Assembly: GCA_963727505.1 (NCBI GenBank)
Contig: CAVSGP010000009.1
Location: forward strand, 448,001-512,000
Reading direction: 5' to 3'
DNA length: 64,000 nt
DNA from: an uncultured Trueperaceae bacterium
Lineage (GTDB): Bacteria; Deinococcota; Deinococci; Deinococcales; Trueperaceae
Below are positions 33,572 through 43,816 of the stretch, piece after piece (position 1 is the stretch's first letter; every line of letters begins with the position of its first letter). The notes below the pieces were generated by a model, which was not told where the DNA came from, searched no databases, and saw only the letters and a list, made by a program, of their open reading frames with translations. The position numbers and the translations under genes are program-made.

Positions 33572-34651
33572 ATGAGCATGGACCGGACGGGGTGCCGGCG
33601 CCGCTCCTGGGGCAGGGTGCGCGGGCGGGAGGCGTCGTTGTACACGCTGCGCAATCGCGCCGGGATGGTTGCGCGCCTCAGCGACTACGGCGGTACCCTG
33701 GTCGGGCTCGAGCTTCCCACTCCCGCCGGCCCTCCGGTCGACGTGGTGCTCGGCTTCGACCGCCTGACGGGAGCCCCGGGTGAGGCCTACGCGCAAGAGC
33801 AGCCCTATCTGGGAGCGCTCATCGGGCGGGTGGCGAACCGCATCGCCGGGTCCGCGTTCGAGCTCGACGGGCGCCGCATCGTTCTCGCGCCCAACGACGG
33901 GGCGAACCTGCTGCACGGAGGCCCGCAGGGGTTCCACACCCGGCTCTGGGCCGCGCGGGCGCTGGACGACCCTGACGCGCCGGGCGTGGCGTTCTCCTAC
34001 CGGTCGCCCGACGGGGAGGGGGGCTTCCCGGGCGCCGTGTCGGCGGACGCGGTCTACCGGGTCGGGCCAGGCCAGCTCTTGCGTCTCGAGCTGAGCGCTG
34101 TCAGCGACGCGCCGACGCCGGTGAGCCTGACCCACCATCCCTACTTCAACCTGGCCGGCCATGCGGCCGGCGACGTGTTGCAGCACGAGCTCACGCTGTT
34201 CGCCGAGCGCTACACGCCGACGGGCGCGGACCTCGTCCCGACCGGCGAAGTGGGCGAGGTGGCCGGCACGGCCTTCGACTTCCGCACTCCCAAGGCGCTC
34301 GGCCGCGACCTCGCCGATCCGGCGCTCGGGAGCGGTTACGACGTGAACTTCGTGCTGTCGGGTAGACCCGGGACGCTGCGCCCCGCTGCGCGCCTGCGCG
34401 ACCCCGCATCGGGCCGGATGCTCGAGATCCACACCACCCAACCGGGCCTGCAGCTCTACACCGGTAACGGTCTCGACGGCAGCCTCGTGGGGAAGGGAGG
34501 CACCCGCTACGGCCGCCATGGCGGGGTTGCCCTGGAGGCGCAGGCGATTCCGAACGCGGTCAACACCCCGCGCTTCCCGTCGGTGTGGCTGCGTCCCGGC
34601 GAGGCGTACCGGCAGGTCGTCGAGTACCGTTTCTCGTTGGTCGCGGGCTAG
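33572..34651 (+). CDS. galM: Aldose 1-epimerase (galactose mutarotase)
   Basis: GRVANRI, LHGG, H.YFNL, QLYTGN and a catalytic-type LEAQ. Confidence 0.92.
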   Translation: MSMDRTGCRRRSWGRVRGREASLYTLRNRAGMVARLSDYGGTLVGLELPTPAGPPVDVVLGFDRLTGAPGEAYAQEQPYLGALIGRVANRIAGSAFELDGRRIVLAPNDGANLLHGGPQGFHTRLWAARALDDPDAPGVAFSYRSPDGEGGFPGAVSADAVYRVGPGQLLRLELSAVSDAPTPVSLTHHPYFNLAGHAAGDVLQHELTLFAERYTPTGADLVPTGEVGEVAGTAFDFRTPKALGRDLADPALGSGYDVNFVLSGRPGTLRPAARLRDPASGRMLEIHTTQPGLQLYTGNGLDGSLVGKGGTRYGRHGGVALEAQAIPNAVNTPRFPSVWLRPGEAYRQVVEYRFSLVAG

Positions 34652-35742
34652 AAGGGCAGATCGCTCTCTTCGAGCCGGGACAGGTCGGTGGTCGACTTGC
34701 CCTGCCGAAGGATGTTGATGAACAGTTGCACCAGGGACGGGTCGAGCTCGCGGCCGCTGCGCGCTTCCAGCGCCTTCTCGACCTCGCGCATGGGCATCGC
34801 CTGGCCGCGCTCGCTGGAGAGCATGTCGAAGACGTCGGCGGCCGCCACGATGCGCGCGACGAGCGGGATCTGCTCCTTGCGCAACCCGCCGGGGAAGCCG
34901 GAGCCGTCCCAGTTCTCGTGATGGGCGCGGATGCCCTCCGAGGCCGTGCGGAGCAGGCCGGCCGACGCCACCAGGTTGGCGCCGCGTTGGGGGTGCTCCA
35001 TGTCCTCGATCGACAGGTCCAGCCCTGCACCGAGCTTGCCGATGTCGTGGAGCATGGCGGCGAAGTACAGGTCCGCGAGCTCCTGGTTGGCGAGCTCCAG
35101 GGTGCGGCCCAGCGCCAGCGCGTAGGCGGTCACCCGCTCGGCGTGACCGAGCTGGGCGAAGTCCTGCGCCTCCATGGCCTGCACGAACGCCCGGGTGAAC
35201 TCGACCAGGCTGAGTTTGGTGCGACGCAGCTCGAAGGCCTGGCTCTGCGTCTCGCCCAGGATCGAACCCCAGCGAGCCGCCAGGCGCAGCTCGTTGTCGT
35301 CGAAGGCCGCGCCGGCATGGCGGTGCAGCACCAGCGAGCCGTACCGGACGAACCGACCGATGACCGGCACCACCAGGCTACTGGTGGCGTTGCGCATGCC
35401 CAACTCGCCGTACGCCGAGCGGATCTCGCCGGTGTTCGGCGTGAACAGCTCGGAGACCAGGTTGCCGATGAGGCGCGGGCCTGGCTCGCGCCAAGGGCCG
35501 TGCTCGGGCGTGAGGGTGAGCATCGAGGGGCTGTAGCCTTGCACCGCCTCGAAGGCGTAGCTTCCTCGCTCGTTGCCGCGCACGACGTATCCGCGCACGT
35601 CACCAGGGAGGGCGCGCGTGAGGGCGCGCAACGCCTCGGCACTGCGCTCGTCAGCGCGTGGCAACCGGAGCAGCCGCTCGACGGCCGCCAGCAGGTCCGG
35701 GCCACCGTCACCTTCCGAAGAGGAGAAGAGCCGTTTGAACAC
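34648..35742 (-). CDS. GAF + HD-GYP domain protein (putative cyclic dinucleotide phosphodiesterase)
   Basis: HAERV, LHDIGK, HHENWDGSGFPGGL and ARIVAAADVFD; N-terminal GAF-like region; GTG start at 35742. Confidence 0.85.
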   Translation of the reverse strand: MFKRLFSSSEGDGGPDLLAAVERLLRLPRADERSAEALRALTRALPGDVRGYVVRGNERGSYAFEAVQGYSPSMLTLTPEHGPWREPGPRLIGNLVSELFTPNTGEIRSAYGELGMRNATSSLVVPVIGRFVRYGSLVLHRHAGAAFDDNELRLAARWGSILGETQSQAFELRRTKLSLVEFTRAFVQAMEAQDFAQLGHAERVTAYALALGRTLELANQELADLYFAAMLHDIGKLGAGLDLSIEDMEHPQRGANLVASAGLLRTASEGIRAHHENWDGSGFPGGLRKEQIPLVARIVAAADVFDMLSSERGQAMPMREVEKALEARSGRELDPSLVQLFINILRQGKSTTDLSRLEESDLPF

Positions 35743-35888
35743 GTCATCCCTTCGGGCCGGCTCGTCCCCCGCCGGCCGTGCTCGGAGTCTACTCCCGGTC
35801 CGCACGTGCGTACTAAGGAAATGCTTACACGGCGCCGTCCGGAGACCTGCGGACGCCGGCGTGCGTAAGCTCGAAGGGAGGAGGCCCC

Positions 35889-38384
35889 ATGGACGACTCC
35901 GACATCTTCGAGACCTTGCCCCGCACCCCGGGCGCTTTGCGTTCCGTCCGCGCCGCGTCGGGCGCGGTCGAGATCGCCTATCAGCACGCCCGCCTACGCG
36001 CCGAGGCGGTGAGCCCCGGTATCGTCCGGATCCGGCTCGCCGAGAAGGCCTTCGCGCCGGAGCGCTCTTGGGACGTGCTTCGCTCCGGGTTGCCCGCGGC
36101 CGGTGCGGCCGTGACCGAAGTGGACGGGGGCGCCGTGCTCGAGCTCGACGGGATGCGGCTGACGCTGCAAGGCGACGAGGCCGCGATGGTGGTCGGCGGC
36201 GAGGACGGCGCTCGGTGGCTGGCCTCGGCAGGACCCCCACGCTGGGGCCGCGCGCGCCTCGATCGGTTGGAGCTCCCGCACCGTGAGGGGGACGCCCTAC
36301 CCGCCGGCGTCGACGGGGTGCTCCTGCGCCAGGAGTGGACGCTCGAGCCCGAGGACCGCCTCTGGGGTTTCGGGCAGCGGACCGGCGGGCTCGACCGGCG
36401 CGGCCGTACGCTCACGAACTGGGCCTCGGACTCCTTCGGGATCGGCCACCACCGCGGCACCGACAACCTCTACCAGGCGCACCCGCTGTTCCTGGCCGCC
36501 CGGCCGGGACGCGCCTTCGGCGCGTTCCTGCACGTCAGCCACTTCAGTCGCTTCGATGCCGGCGACCGTCACCCCGACCGATTGGGCATCGACGCGCTGG
36601 GCGGCGAGCTGGACCTGTTCCTGTTCGCAGGTCCCACACCCGCCGCCGTGGTGGAGCAGCTCACCCGCTTGACCGGGCGGCCGATGTTGCCGCCGGTCTG
36701 GGCGCTCGGCTTCCACCAGTCGCGCTGGGGGTACGCCAGCGCCGACGAGGTGGTCGCGCTGGTGGACGGCTTCCGAGAGCGCTCGTTGCCGCTGGACGCC
36801 GTCCACCTCGACATCGACTACATGCGCGGCTTCCGCTCGTTCACCTGGGACCCGGAGCGCTTCCCGGACCCGAAAGGCTTCGCCGAGCAGGTGCACGAGC
36901 GGGGCGCGCGGCTCGTCGCGATCATCGACCCCGGCATCAAGGACGAGCCGGGCGCCGGCTACGAGACGGCGGACGAACTGGTGACGCGGGGTCACGCGCT
37001 CCGCAACCCCGACGGCTCGCCGTTCCGCGGCTACGTGTGGCCCGATCGTGCGCTCTTCCCGGACTTCGCGCGTGCCGACGTGCGCGCCTGGTGGGGCGAC
37101 CGGCATCGGGCGAGCCTCGTCGAGACCGGGATCGACGGTGTCTGGAACGACATGAACGAGCCGACCGTCTTCGACCGGCCGTTCTCGACAGGGGCGGCGC
37201 GGAACCGCCCGTTCCCTCTCGGCCTCCGCCACGGCGACGCCGATGAGCCGGCCAGCCATCTGGAGGTGCGCAACCTCTACGCGACGCTGGAGGGCCGCGC
37301 CACCTACGAGGGGTGGGTGCGGCACGCGCCCGGGGAGCGACCCTGGGTGCTGACGCGCTCGGCCTTCCCGGGCAGCCAGCGCACCTGCGCCTCCTGGATG
37401 GGGGACAACAACAGCTGGTGGGAGCACCTCGCGATGAGCGTTCCGCAGCTGCTGTCAATGGGGCTCTCCGGCTCTCCGCACGTCGGGGCGGACATCGGCG
37501 GGTTCTTCGAGAACGCCCGCCCGGAGCTGTTCGCCCGCTGGATGGAGCTGGGTGTCTTCTACCCGTTCATGCGCGACCACACCGCTCTGGGCACGCGCGC
37601 CCAGGAGCCCTGGGCGTTCGGGGAGGAGGTCGAAGCCGTGTCCAGGGAGGCGCTGACATTGCGCTACCGGCTGTTGCCGTACCTGGTGACGCTGGCCCAC
37701 GAGGCCGCCGCCCGTGGCGCGCCGCTGATGCGGCCGATGGGGTTCGCCTTCCCTGACGTGGAGGACACGTTCGACGTGGAGGACGCCTTCATGCTCGGTC
37801 CCTGGCTTCTGGCCGCGCCCGCGTTGGAGCCGCGCTGCCGCTGGCGTCGAGTGGTGTTGCCGCCGGGCCGCTGGCTCGATTACTGGACCGGCCGACCGGT
37901 GGGCGACGCGGGCGCGGAGGGCGCTCGTCCCGTCCTGGTGGAGGCGACGCCCGGAAGGCCTCCGCTGCTGCTGCGGCAGGGTGCGCTGCTTCCCATCGGG
38001 AACGCCCGCCCGAGCACTGCGACGCCGTTGTCGGAGCTGCGCGTCGTGGCGACGGCCCCCGAAGGGCGCAGCGCCTTCGAGGTGGTCGAGGACGACGGCT
38101 GGTCGACGGCCTGGCAGGAGGGGGACGTGGCGCGCACCGGGTGGCGCTCCCAACGTGACGGGGACGCGCTCACCGTCACGGTCGGTGAGCGGGAGGGGGC
38201 GTTCCGCCCCTCACCTCGGACGGTCGTGCTGGAGATGCGCCTCGACGGGCCGCCGGAACACGCGGAGATGGACGGGGTCGCGGTCGACGTACGTTGGGAC
38301 CCCGCCCGTCGGGCCGCGGAGATCGCATGGCAGGACGACGGAACCGGGCGCGCGGTCACCGTCTGGGGAGGCCTCACGCCGTAG
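35889..38384 (+). CDS. Alpha-glucosidase, glycoside hydrolase family 31
   Basis: GFHQSRWGY, LDIDYM, nucleophile WNDMNEP, WMGDN and GADIGGF. Confidence 0.93.
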   Translation: MDDSDIFETLPRTPGALRSVRAASGAVEIAYQHARLRAEAVSPGIVRIRLAEKAFAPERSWDVLRSGLPAAGAAVTEVDGGAVLELDGMRLTLQGDEAAMVVGGEDGARWLASAGPPRWGRARLDRLELPHREGDALPAGVDGVLLRQEWTLEPEDRLWGFGQRTGGLDRRGRTLTNWASDSFGIGHHRGTDNLYQAHPLFLAARPGRAFGAFLHVSHFSRFDAGDRHPDRLGIDALGGELDLFLFAGPTPAAVVEQLTRLTGRPMLPPVWALGFHQSRWGYASADEVVALVDGFRERSLPLDAVHLDIDYMRGFRSFTWDPERFPDPKGFAEQVHERGARLVAIIDPGIKDEPGAGYETADELVTRGHALRNPDGSPFRGYVWPDRALFPDFARADVRAWWGDRHRASLVETGIDGVWNDMNEPTVFDRPFSTGAARNRPFPLGLRHGDADEPASHLEVRNLYATLEGRATYEGWVRHAPGERPWVLTRSAFPGSQRTCASWMGDNNSWWEHLAMSVPQLLSMGLSGSPHVGADIGGFFENARPELFARWMELGVFYPFMRDHTALGTRAQEPWAFGEEVEAVSREALTLRYRLLPYLVTLAHEAAARGAPLMRPMGFAFPDVEDTFDVEDAFMLGPWLLAAPALEPRCRWRRVVLPPGRWLDYWTGRPVGDAGAEGARPVLVEATPGRPPLLLRQGALLPIGNARPSTATPLSELRVVATAPEGRSAFEVVEDDGWSTAWQEGDVARTGWRSQRDGDALTVTVGEREGAFRPSPRTVVLEMRLDGPPEHAEMDGVAVDVRWDPARRAAEIAWQDDGTGRAVTVWGGLTP

Positions 38385-38418
38385 CCTGAGGACTGGAGAT
38401 GGCCCGCATGGTGACGTG

Positions 38419-39894
38419 ATGCTCCGGCGCGTGTTCGGCCTCGCAGTCTTGCTCGTGCTGCTGGTGGTGCCGGCGGCCTGCCTTCCGATCCCGAGGGCGG
38501 CGCAGCCGCTGGCAGTGCCCGCGCCCTCGTATCGCATGGCGCCGGAGGCGGTGGCGAGCGATTACATGGCCGTGCCGGGTGCCGAGGAGCCGCACACGCC
38601 GGCGCACCTCAACCGCAGCTACGTGCTCCGTCTCCGGGCCGACGAGCCGGCGCGCGCGGTCCTGGTGCTGGTCCCGGGTCTGTTCGGCGGCGCCGGCAGC
38701 CTGGAGATCGTGGGCAGGCAGCTGGTGGCGGCCACGCCGGGGCTGCAGGTCTGGCTCGTCGACCGGCGATCGAACGCGCTGGAGGATCAACGTGGGTTCG
38801 TCGCCGCCGCCCGCTCCGGCAACCCCGAGGTCGCACTGCGCTACTACCTGGGCGAGGGCGGCGCGCCGCCGACGTTCGTGCCTCCTGCCACGGACGCGCT
38901 GCGCTTCATGGCGTACTGGGGTCTACGCGTTCACCTCGAGGACCTTGCCAGCATCATCGATCGGGCCCACCAGGCGGCCCCCGAGGTCTACCTGGGCGGC
39001 CATTCGCTGGGCGCCAGCCTGGTCGCGCTCTACGCCGCCTATCGGCGCGACGACGGGGTTGTCGGCGCCGACACGCTCGCCGGTCTCGTGCTGCTCGACG
39101 GAGCTCCCGGCAGGACCGGCACGTTCGACCTTCCCGATGCCGTTTACGGGCGGAGCGTGGCCGGTTACACGGTGGTGCCGTCGGTCGACGCGATCGAATC
39201 GGGACGGGCGGCCCCCTACCTGGGACCCGGCATCGTGCCGCAGCGTATCGTGCGTTCGGCCGTCATCGCCGCCTTCGCCCGCGAGCGACCGGACGCGCTG
39301 GCACCTCCGGCGCTTGCGAGTTTCAGGATCAGCAACTTCGCACTGGCGGGGATCGATGCCGATGACACCTATGCGGAGCTCCCGACCTTCGCGCCTTCCC
39401 TGGGCGAGGCGACGAACGCCACGACCTCCGGCTACGCTCTGCCCTTCCTGCTGGAGGGCCGCTTCGGGGCGCGCAGCCGCAGCGTGACGGGCGTGGCGCC
39501 GGGCGCCGAGCACGTCGGCTGGACGGCGGGCGACCCGCCTGAAGCCACCGATCTCGCCGCCTACGTTCGGAGCGTGACGGGCGCGTCCACCGACCGGGCC
39601 GAGTGGTACTTCCCCGCCCGACTGTTGATCGACCTGTCCGCGTTGCCGGTCGATCTCGAGGGAGCTGCCGGCTTCGTGCCGTCGGCGTCGGTGCGCGTTC
39701 CCATGCTGGCGATCGGGGCGGGGCACGGCATGCTGCGCTCGACCGACGCCTTCGACGCCTACGCCAATACCGGGGTCGGTTCCTCGCTCACGCGTTACGT
39801 GGTGCCCGGCGTCACCCACGTCGACCTCATCACCGCGCGTGCGGCGCCGGTGGTGGGGTTGTTCCGGCGCTGGGCGGGCCTGGACCGTCCCTAG
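38419..39894 (+). CDS. Exported alpha/beta hydrolase (probable lipoprotein)
   Basis: Signal/lipobox ...VPAAC, oxyanion region LVPGLFGG, nucleophile GHSLG and C-terminal THVD. Confidence 0.7.
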   Translation: MLRRVFGLAVLLVLLVVPAACLPIPRAAQPLAVPAPSYRMAPEAVASDYMAVPGAEEPHTPAHLNRSYVLRLRADEPARAVLVLVPGLFGGAGSLEIVGRQLVAATPGLQVWLVDRRSNALEDQRGFVAAARSGNPEVALRYYLGEGGAPPTFVPPATDALRFMAYWGLRVHLEDLASIIDRAHQAAPEVYLGGHSLGASLVALYAAYRRDDGVVGADTLAGLVLLDGAPGRTGTFDLPDAVYGRSVAGYTVVPSVDAIESGRAAPYLGPGIVPQRIVRSAVIAAFARERPDALAPPALASFRISNFALAGIDADDTYAELPTFAPSLGEATNATTSGYALPFLLEGRFGARSRSVTGVAPGAEHVGWTAGDPPEATDLAAYVRSVTGASTDRAEWYFPARLLIDLSALPVDLEGAAGFVPSASVRVPMLAIGAGHGMLRSTDAFDAYANTGVGSSLTRYVVPGVTHVDLITARAAPVVGLFRRWAGLDRP

Positions 39895-41198
39895 CGGGTG
39901 ACGTCCTGGAGGGCCTGGGCGAGGAGATCGACGCCCTGGTCGACCTCCTTGGCGTCCACGGTGAGGTGCGGGGCGATGCGGATGACATTGTTGTACAGGC
40001 CGCCCTTGCCGATCAGCAGCCCGCGGCGCCGAGCGGCGCCCAGGAGCGCGTCCGCGCGAACGGGGTCCGGCGCCCTCGAACCGTCGGGCACCACGATCTC
40101 GAGCGCCTGCATGAGTCCCATGCCGCGCACGTCGCCGACGAACGCGAACGGTGCCGTGGCGTCGTCGAGCCGGGTCCGCAACCGGAGCCCCTGGCGGTGG
40201 GCGTTGTCGGGAAGCTTGTGCTGCTCGATGAACTCGAGGGTGGCGAGGGCGGCCGCCATCGACACGGGGTTGCCGCCGAAGGTCGAGAAGCTGGTCCCGA
40301 CCAGAGCGTCGGCGACCTCGGGGGTGGCGATGGTGCAGCCGATGGGAGCGCCGTTGGCCATGCCTTTGGCGAAGGTCATGATGTCCGGCGTGACGCCCCA
40401 GTGCTCGACGCCACACCAGCTCCTACCGGTTCGCCCCCAGCCCGTCTGCGCCTCGTCGATGATCATCAGGCCCCCGCCCTCGCGTACGATCGGCTCCACG
40501 CGACGCAGGTAGTCCCTTGGGAGCACTACGAAGCCGCCCACCCCCTGGATGGGCTCGGCCATGAAGGCGGCGATGGTGCCGTCGGTGGTCGTGGCCAGCG
40601 TCTCCTCGAGGTCCTGGATGCACAGATCGACCAGCGCTTCTTCGCTCAAGCCCACCGGGGCCCGGTAGGCATAGGGGCTGCGGACATGGCGGACGTCGCC
40701 GTCGAAGGTGCCGCCGATCCGCCAGGGGCCTTGCCCCGTCAGGCTCATCGCTTCCAGGGTGCGGCCGGCGTAGGCGTGCCGAAGCGTGACGATGGTGCGG
40801 TGGCCGGTGGCCATGCGCGCGGCGGCGACGGCGGTCTCGTTCGCTTCGCTGCCGCTGGAGGTGAAGAAGCACTTCTGGAGCCGCCCCGGCGTGAGCGCGG
40901 CGACCTTCTCCGCCAGGCGCACCATGACCTCGTTGACGTACAGGGTGGAGGTGTGCTGCACGCGCCCGAGCTGCTCGATGACACGGGCGTTGATCTCTTC
41001 GTTGGCGTGCCCCACCGACACCGTCAGCACACCCCCGAAGAAGTCGAGGTAGGTGCGACCCTCCACGTCCCACACGGTATGCCCCTTCGCGCGATCGACG
41101 ACCAGGGCGTCGTCGCCGAAGTAGGGATGGACCGCGGGGAACAGGTAGCGCTCGTATAACGCCAGGACGTCACGGCTTCGGGTCGGGTCGGAAGACAC
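39891..41198 (-). CDS. Class III (AGXT2-like) PLP-dependent aminotransferase
   Basis: YLDFFGG, SGSEANE, EPIQGVGG, DEAQTGWGRTG, TFAKG and STFGGNP. Confidence 0.92.
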   Translation of the reverse strand: MSSDPTRSRDVLALYERYLFPAVHPYFGDDALVVDRAKGHTVWDVEGRTYLDFFGGVLTVSVGHANEEINARVIEQLGRVQHTSTLYVNEVMVRLAEKVAALTPGRLQKCFFTSSGSEANETAVAAARMATGHRTIVTLRHAYAGRTLEAMSLTGQGPWRIGGTFDGDVRHVRSPYAYRAPVGLSEEALVDLCIQDLEETLATTTDGTIAAFMAEPIQGVGGFVVLPRDYLRRVEPIVREGGGLMIIDEAQTGWGRTGRSWCGVEHWGVTPDIMTFAKGMANGAPIGCTIATPEVADALVGTSFSTFGGNPVSMAAALATLEFIEQHKLPDNAHRQGLRLRTRLDDATAPFAFVGDVRGMGLMQALEIVVPDGSRAPDPVRADALLGAARRRGLLIGKGGLYNNVIRIAPHLTVDAKEVDQGVDLLAQALQDVTR

Positions 41199-41350
41199 GG
41201 CCTACCTCCGGATCCAGTGCGCCGGCGCCTCGGTGGAGCGGAATTCCAGGGGCTCAGTCTAGCACCGGCCCTGCGCCCGCCGGACGGCGGCGTGGCGGTG
41301 CCCGCCGCGTCCCGCGCCGCCGGCGCGGCCGAGACCGTAGACTGGTACGC

Positions 41351-42631
41351 ATGCTGGATCTGAGGTTCATCCGCGAGAACCCCGACGTGGTGCGTCGGGC
41401 GATCCGCGCCAAGCAGCTCCCCGATGCCCTCGAGAGCCTCGAGCAGCTCCTGCTGACCGACGAGGAGCACCGCCTGCTTCGGCGTGACCTGGAGGAGAAG
41501 CAAGCGCTCCGCAACGCCAACAGCAAGAAGATCGGCGAGATGAAGCGCCGGGGCGAGGACGCCGAGGAGCTGATGCGGCAGATGAGTGACGTCGCTTCCG
41601 AGGTCAAGCACCTCGAGGAGCGCGGCCGCAGCGTGGACGCCCGCCTGCAGGAGCTCTTGCTGGAGATCCCCAACCTGCCGCACGCCAGCGTGCCGTACGG
41701 GGAGAGCGAGCACGATAACGTCGTGGTGAAGGAGTGGGGCGAGCCCCCTACGTTCCCGTTCGAGCCGCGCCCGCACTGGGAGATCGCTGCGGAGAAGGGG
41801 TGGGTGGACCTCGAGGCGGGTGTCAAGATCACCGGCGCGGGCTTCCCGGTCTTCCGCGGCGCGGGCTCGCGGTTGGTGCGTGCGCTGGAACGCTTCTTCC
41901 TCGATCGCCTCGAGGACGCCGGGTACACCGAGCTGGTCGTCCCGCTCATGGTCAACGCCGACTCCGCGACCGCCACCGGACAGCTGCCCGACAAGGAAGG
42001 GCAGATGTACCAGGTGTCGGACGGCTTCTACCTGATCCCGACGTCGGAGGTGGCGGTGACCAACCTTCACCGCGACGAGATCCTCGACAGCGAGATGCTT
42101 CCGCTGCGCTACGCGGCGTACTCGGCCTGCTTCCGACGGGAGGCCGGCAGTTACGGCAAGGACGTCCGTGGATTGAACCGCGTGCACCAGTTCGACAAGG
42201 TCGAGATCGTGCAGTTCACGTTGCCCGAGCACAGCTACGAGGCGCTGGAGGCCATGACGCGGACCGCCGAGACGATGCTCGAGGAGCTCGGCCTGGCCTA
42301 CCGGCGGCTGCTGATGTGCACCGGGGACATGGGTTTCACGCAGGCCAAGAAGTTCGATCTCGAGGCGTGGAGCCCCGGTCAGCAGCGCTGGCTGGAGGTG
42401 TCGTCGATCAGCAACATCGAGGCGTTCCAGGCCGCGCGGCTCAAGACGCGGGCGCGTTCCGGCGGCGCGAACGGCAAGGGCCGGCCGGGGCCGGTCCACA
42501 CGCTCAACGGCAGCGCACTGGCGTTCCCGCGCACGATCGCCGCCATCCTGGAGACCTACCAGACCGCCGAGGGCAACGTGCGCGCGCCCGATGCGCTGCG
42601 CCCCTATCTGGGTCGCGAACTGCTGGGCTGA
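41351..42631 (+). CDS. serS: Serine--tRNA ligase
   Basis: LIPTSE, FRREAGSYG, RVHQFDKVE, EVSSISN and HTLNGS. Confidence 0.97.
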   Translation: MLDLRFIRENPDVVRRAIRAKQLPDALESLEQLLLTDEEHRLLRRDLEEKQALRNANSKKIGEMKRRGEDAEELMRQMSDVASEVKHLEERGRSVDARLQELLLEIPNLPHASVPYGESEHDNVVVKEWGEPPTFPFEPRPHWEIAAEKGWVDLEAGVKITGAGFPVFRGAGSRLVRALERFFLDRLEDAGYTELVVPLMVNADSATATGQLPDKEGQMYQVSDGFYLIPTSEVAVTNLHRDEILDSEMLPLRYAAYSACFRREAGSYGKDVRGLNRVHQFDKVEIVQFTLPEHSYEALEAMTRTAETMLEELGLAYRRLLMCTGDMGFTQAKKFDLEAWSPGQQRWLEVSSISNIEAFQAARLKTRARSGGANGKGRPGPVHTLNGSALAFPRTIAAILETYQTAEGNVRAPDALRPYLGRELLG

Positions 42632-42658
42632 GGGAGCGGGCCGCGGCCGGCGGCCGGG

Positions 42659-42952
42659 TCAGTCCTCGTCTACGGTGCGGGGCACGCGCACGAAGCCGTC
42701 CTGCCCGGCGTTGGCGAGGTCCATCACGCGTTCGCGGGCGAGCGACGGCGTCACCGCGTCGGGACGCCAGGACCGGGTGGGGACGACGGGACGGACCAGC
42801 TCCTCGACCCCTTCGGTGTCGACGGCCGCGAGCTGGTCGAAGTAGGCCAGCACGCCGGCGACGTCGCGGGCGAGAAGGTCGGCCTCGCCCGGCTCCAACT
42901 CGAGCCGCGCCAGCCGCTCGAGGTGCTCCATGTCGACGTCCTTCGGGCTCAT
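42659..42952 (-). CDS. gatC: Asp/Glu-tRNA amidotransferase subunit C
   Basis: HL.RLARL...L..VDTEGVE...RPD...F.VP pattern; 97 aa. Confidence 0.9.
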   Translation of the reverse strand: MSPKDVDMEHLERLARLELEPGEADLLARDVAGVLAYFDQLAAVDTEGVEELVRPVVPTRSWRPDAVTPSLARERVMDLANAGQDGFVRVPRTVDED

Positions 42953-43021
42953 GGCTGCGATGCTAGCACGGCCCTTGCGTAGCCGGCCGCCCGGCGGGGA
43001 GTTGGGGGCCTGCGGCCCCGC

Positions 43022-43753
43022 TCAGGTGAACAGCCGGCCGACGTAGTAGAACACGACCACCAGTGCCAGCGACGGCAGCAACGCGGCGGTTCGCACGCGC
43101 TTGATGTCGAGCAGGCCGAGCCCCAGCGCCACGATGAGCAGGCCTCCCACGCCGTTGACGAGGAGCACCCGGGGGTCGTGGGCGGGATCTGGGATGAGCG
43201 TGGTGAACATCCCCGCCGCCAGCGATAGCCCCCCCTGGTAGACGGCGATGACGAGCACCGAGAAGATCACGCCGAAGCCGAAGGTCGCGGCCAGGGCCAG
43301 CGACGAGAAGCCGTCCAGGGTGGCCTTGAGCAGCAAGAAGCTGGTCTCCCCGCTGAGACCGTTCTGGAGGCTCCCGATGAGCGTCAGCGGCCCCACGCAG
43401 AACAGCAGGGTGGCGGCGACGAAGCCCTCGGTGAAGCGCCCCTGGCCCCGGAATCGGCGTTTGAGGGCGCTCCCGATGGCCTCGAGTCCCTCCTCGAGGC
43501 GCCACCATTCACCCAGCGCTCCCCCCACCGCGAGCGCCATCAGGCCGAGGATGATGCCCGGCGGCCGGTCGACACGCGTCAGGTCGAAGGCGTTGTCGAT
43601 GCCGATGAAGATCGTGACCAGCCCGATCGCCTGCATCACCACCGTGATGATCCGGTCGGGAAGCCGCCCGCGAAGGGCGAGGCCGATCGCGGACCCAGCG
43701 AGCACGGTGGCGATGTTGACGAGGGTCCCCGACGTCTCCTGCAGCAGAGTCAT
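43022..43753 (-). CDS. DUF554 family membrane protein
   Basis: GTLVN, EGFVAATLLFCVGP and LLKATLDG motifs. Confidence 0.88.
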   Translation of the reverse strand: MTLLQETSGTLVNIATVLAGSAIGLALRGRLPDRIITVVMQAIGLVTIFIGIDNAFDLTRVDRPPGIILGLMALAVGGALGEWWRLEEGLEAIGSALKRRFRGQGRFTEGFVAATLLFCVGPLTLIGSLQNGLSGETSFLLLKATLDGFSSLALAATFGFGVIFSVLVIAVYQGGLSLAAGMFTTLIPDPAHDPRVLLVNGVGGLLIVALGLGLLDIKRVRTAALLPSLALVVVFYYVGRLFT

Positions 43754-43816
43754 GCTGGGCCGGATGCTACCACGGCCGCGTGTGCGGGCCGCGCCCCATG
43801 TGGCAGCGGAGCGTCG

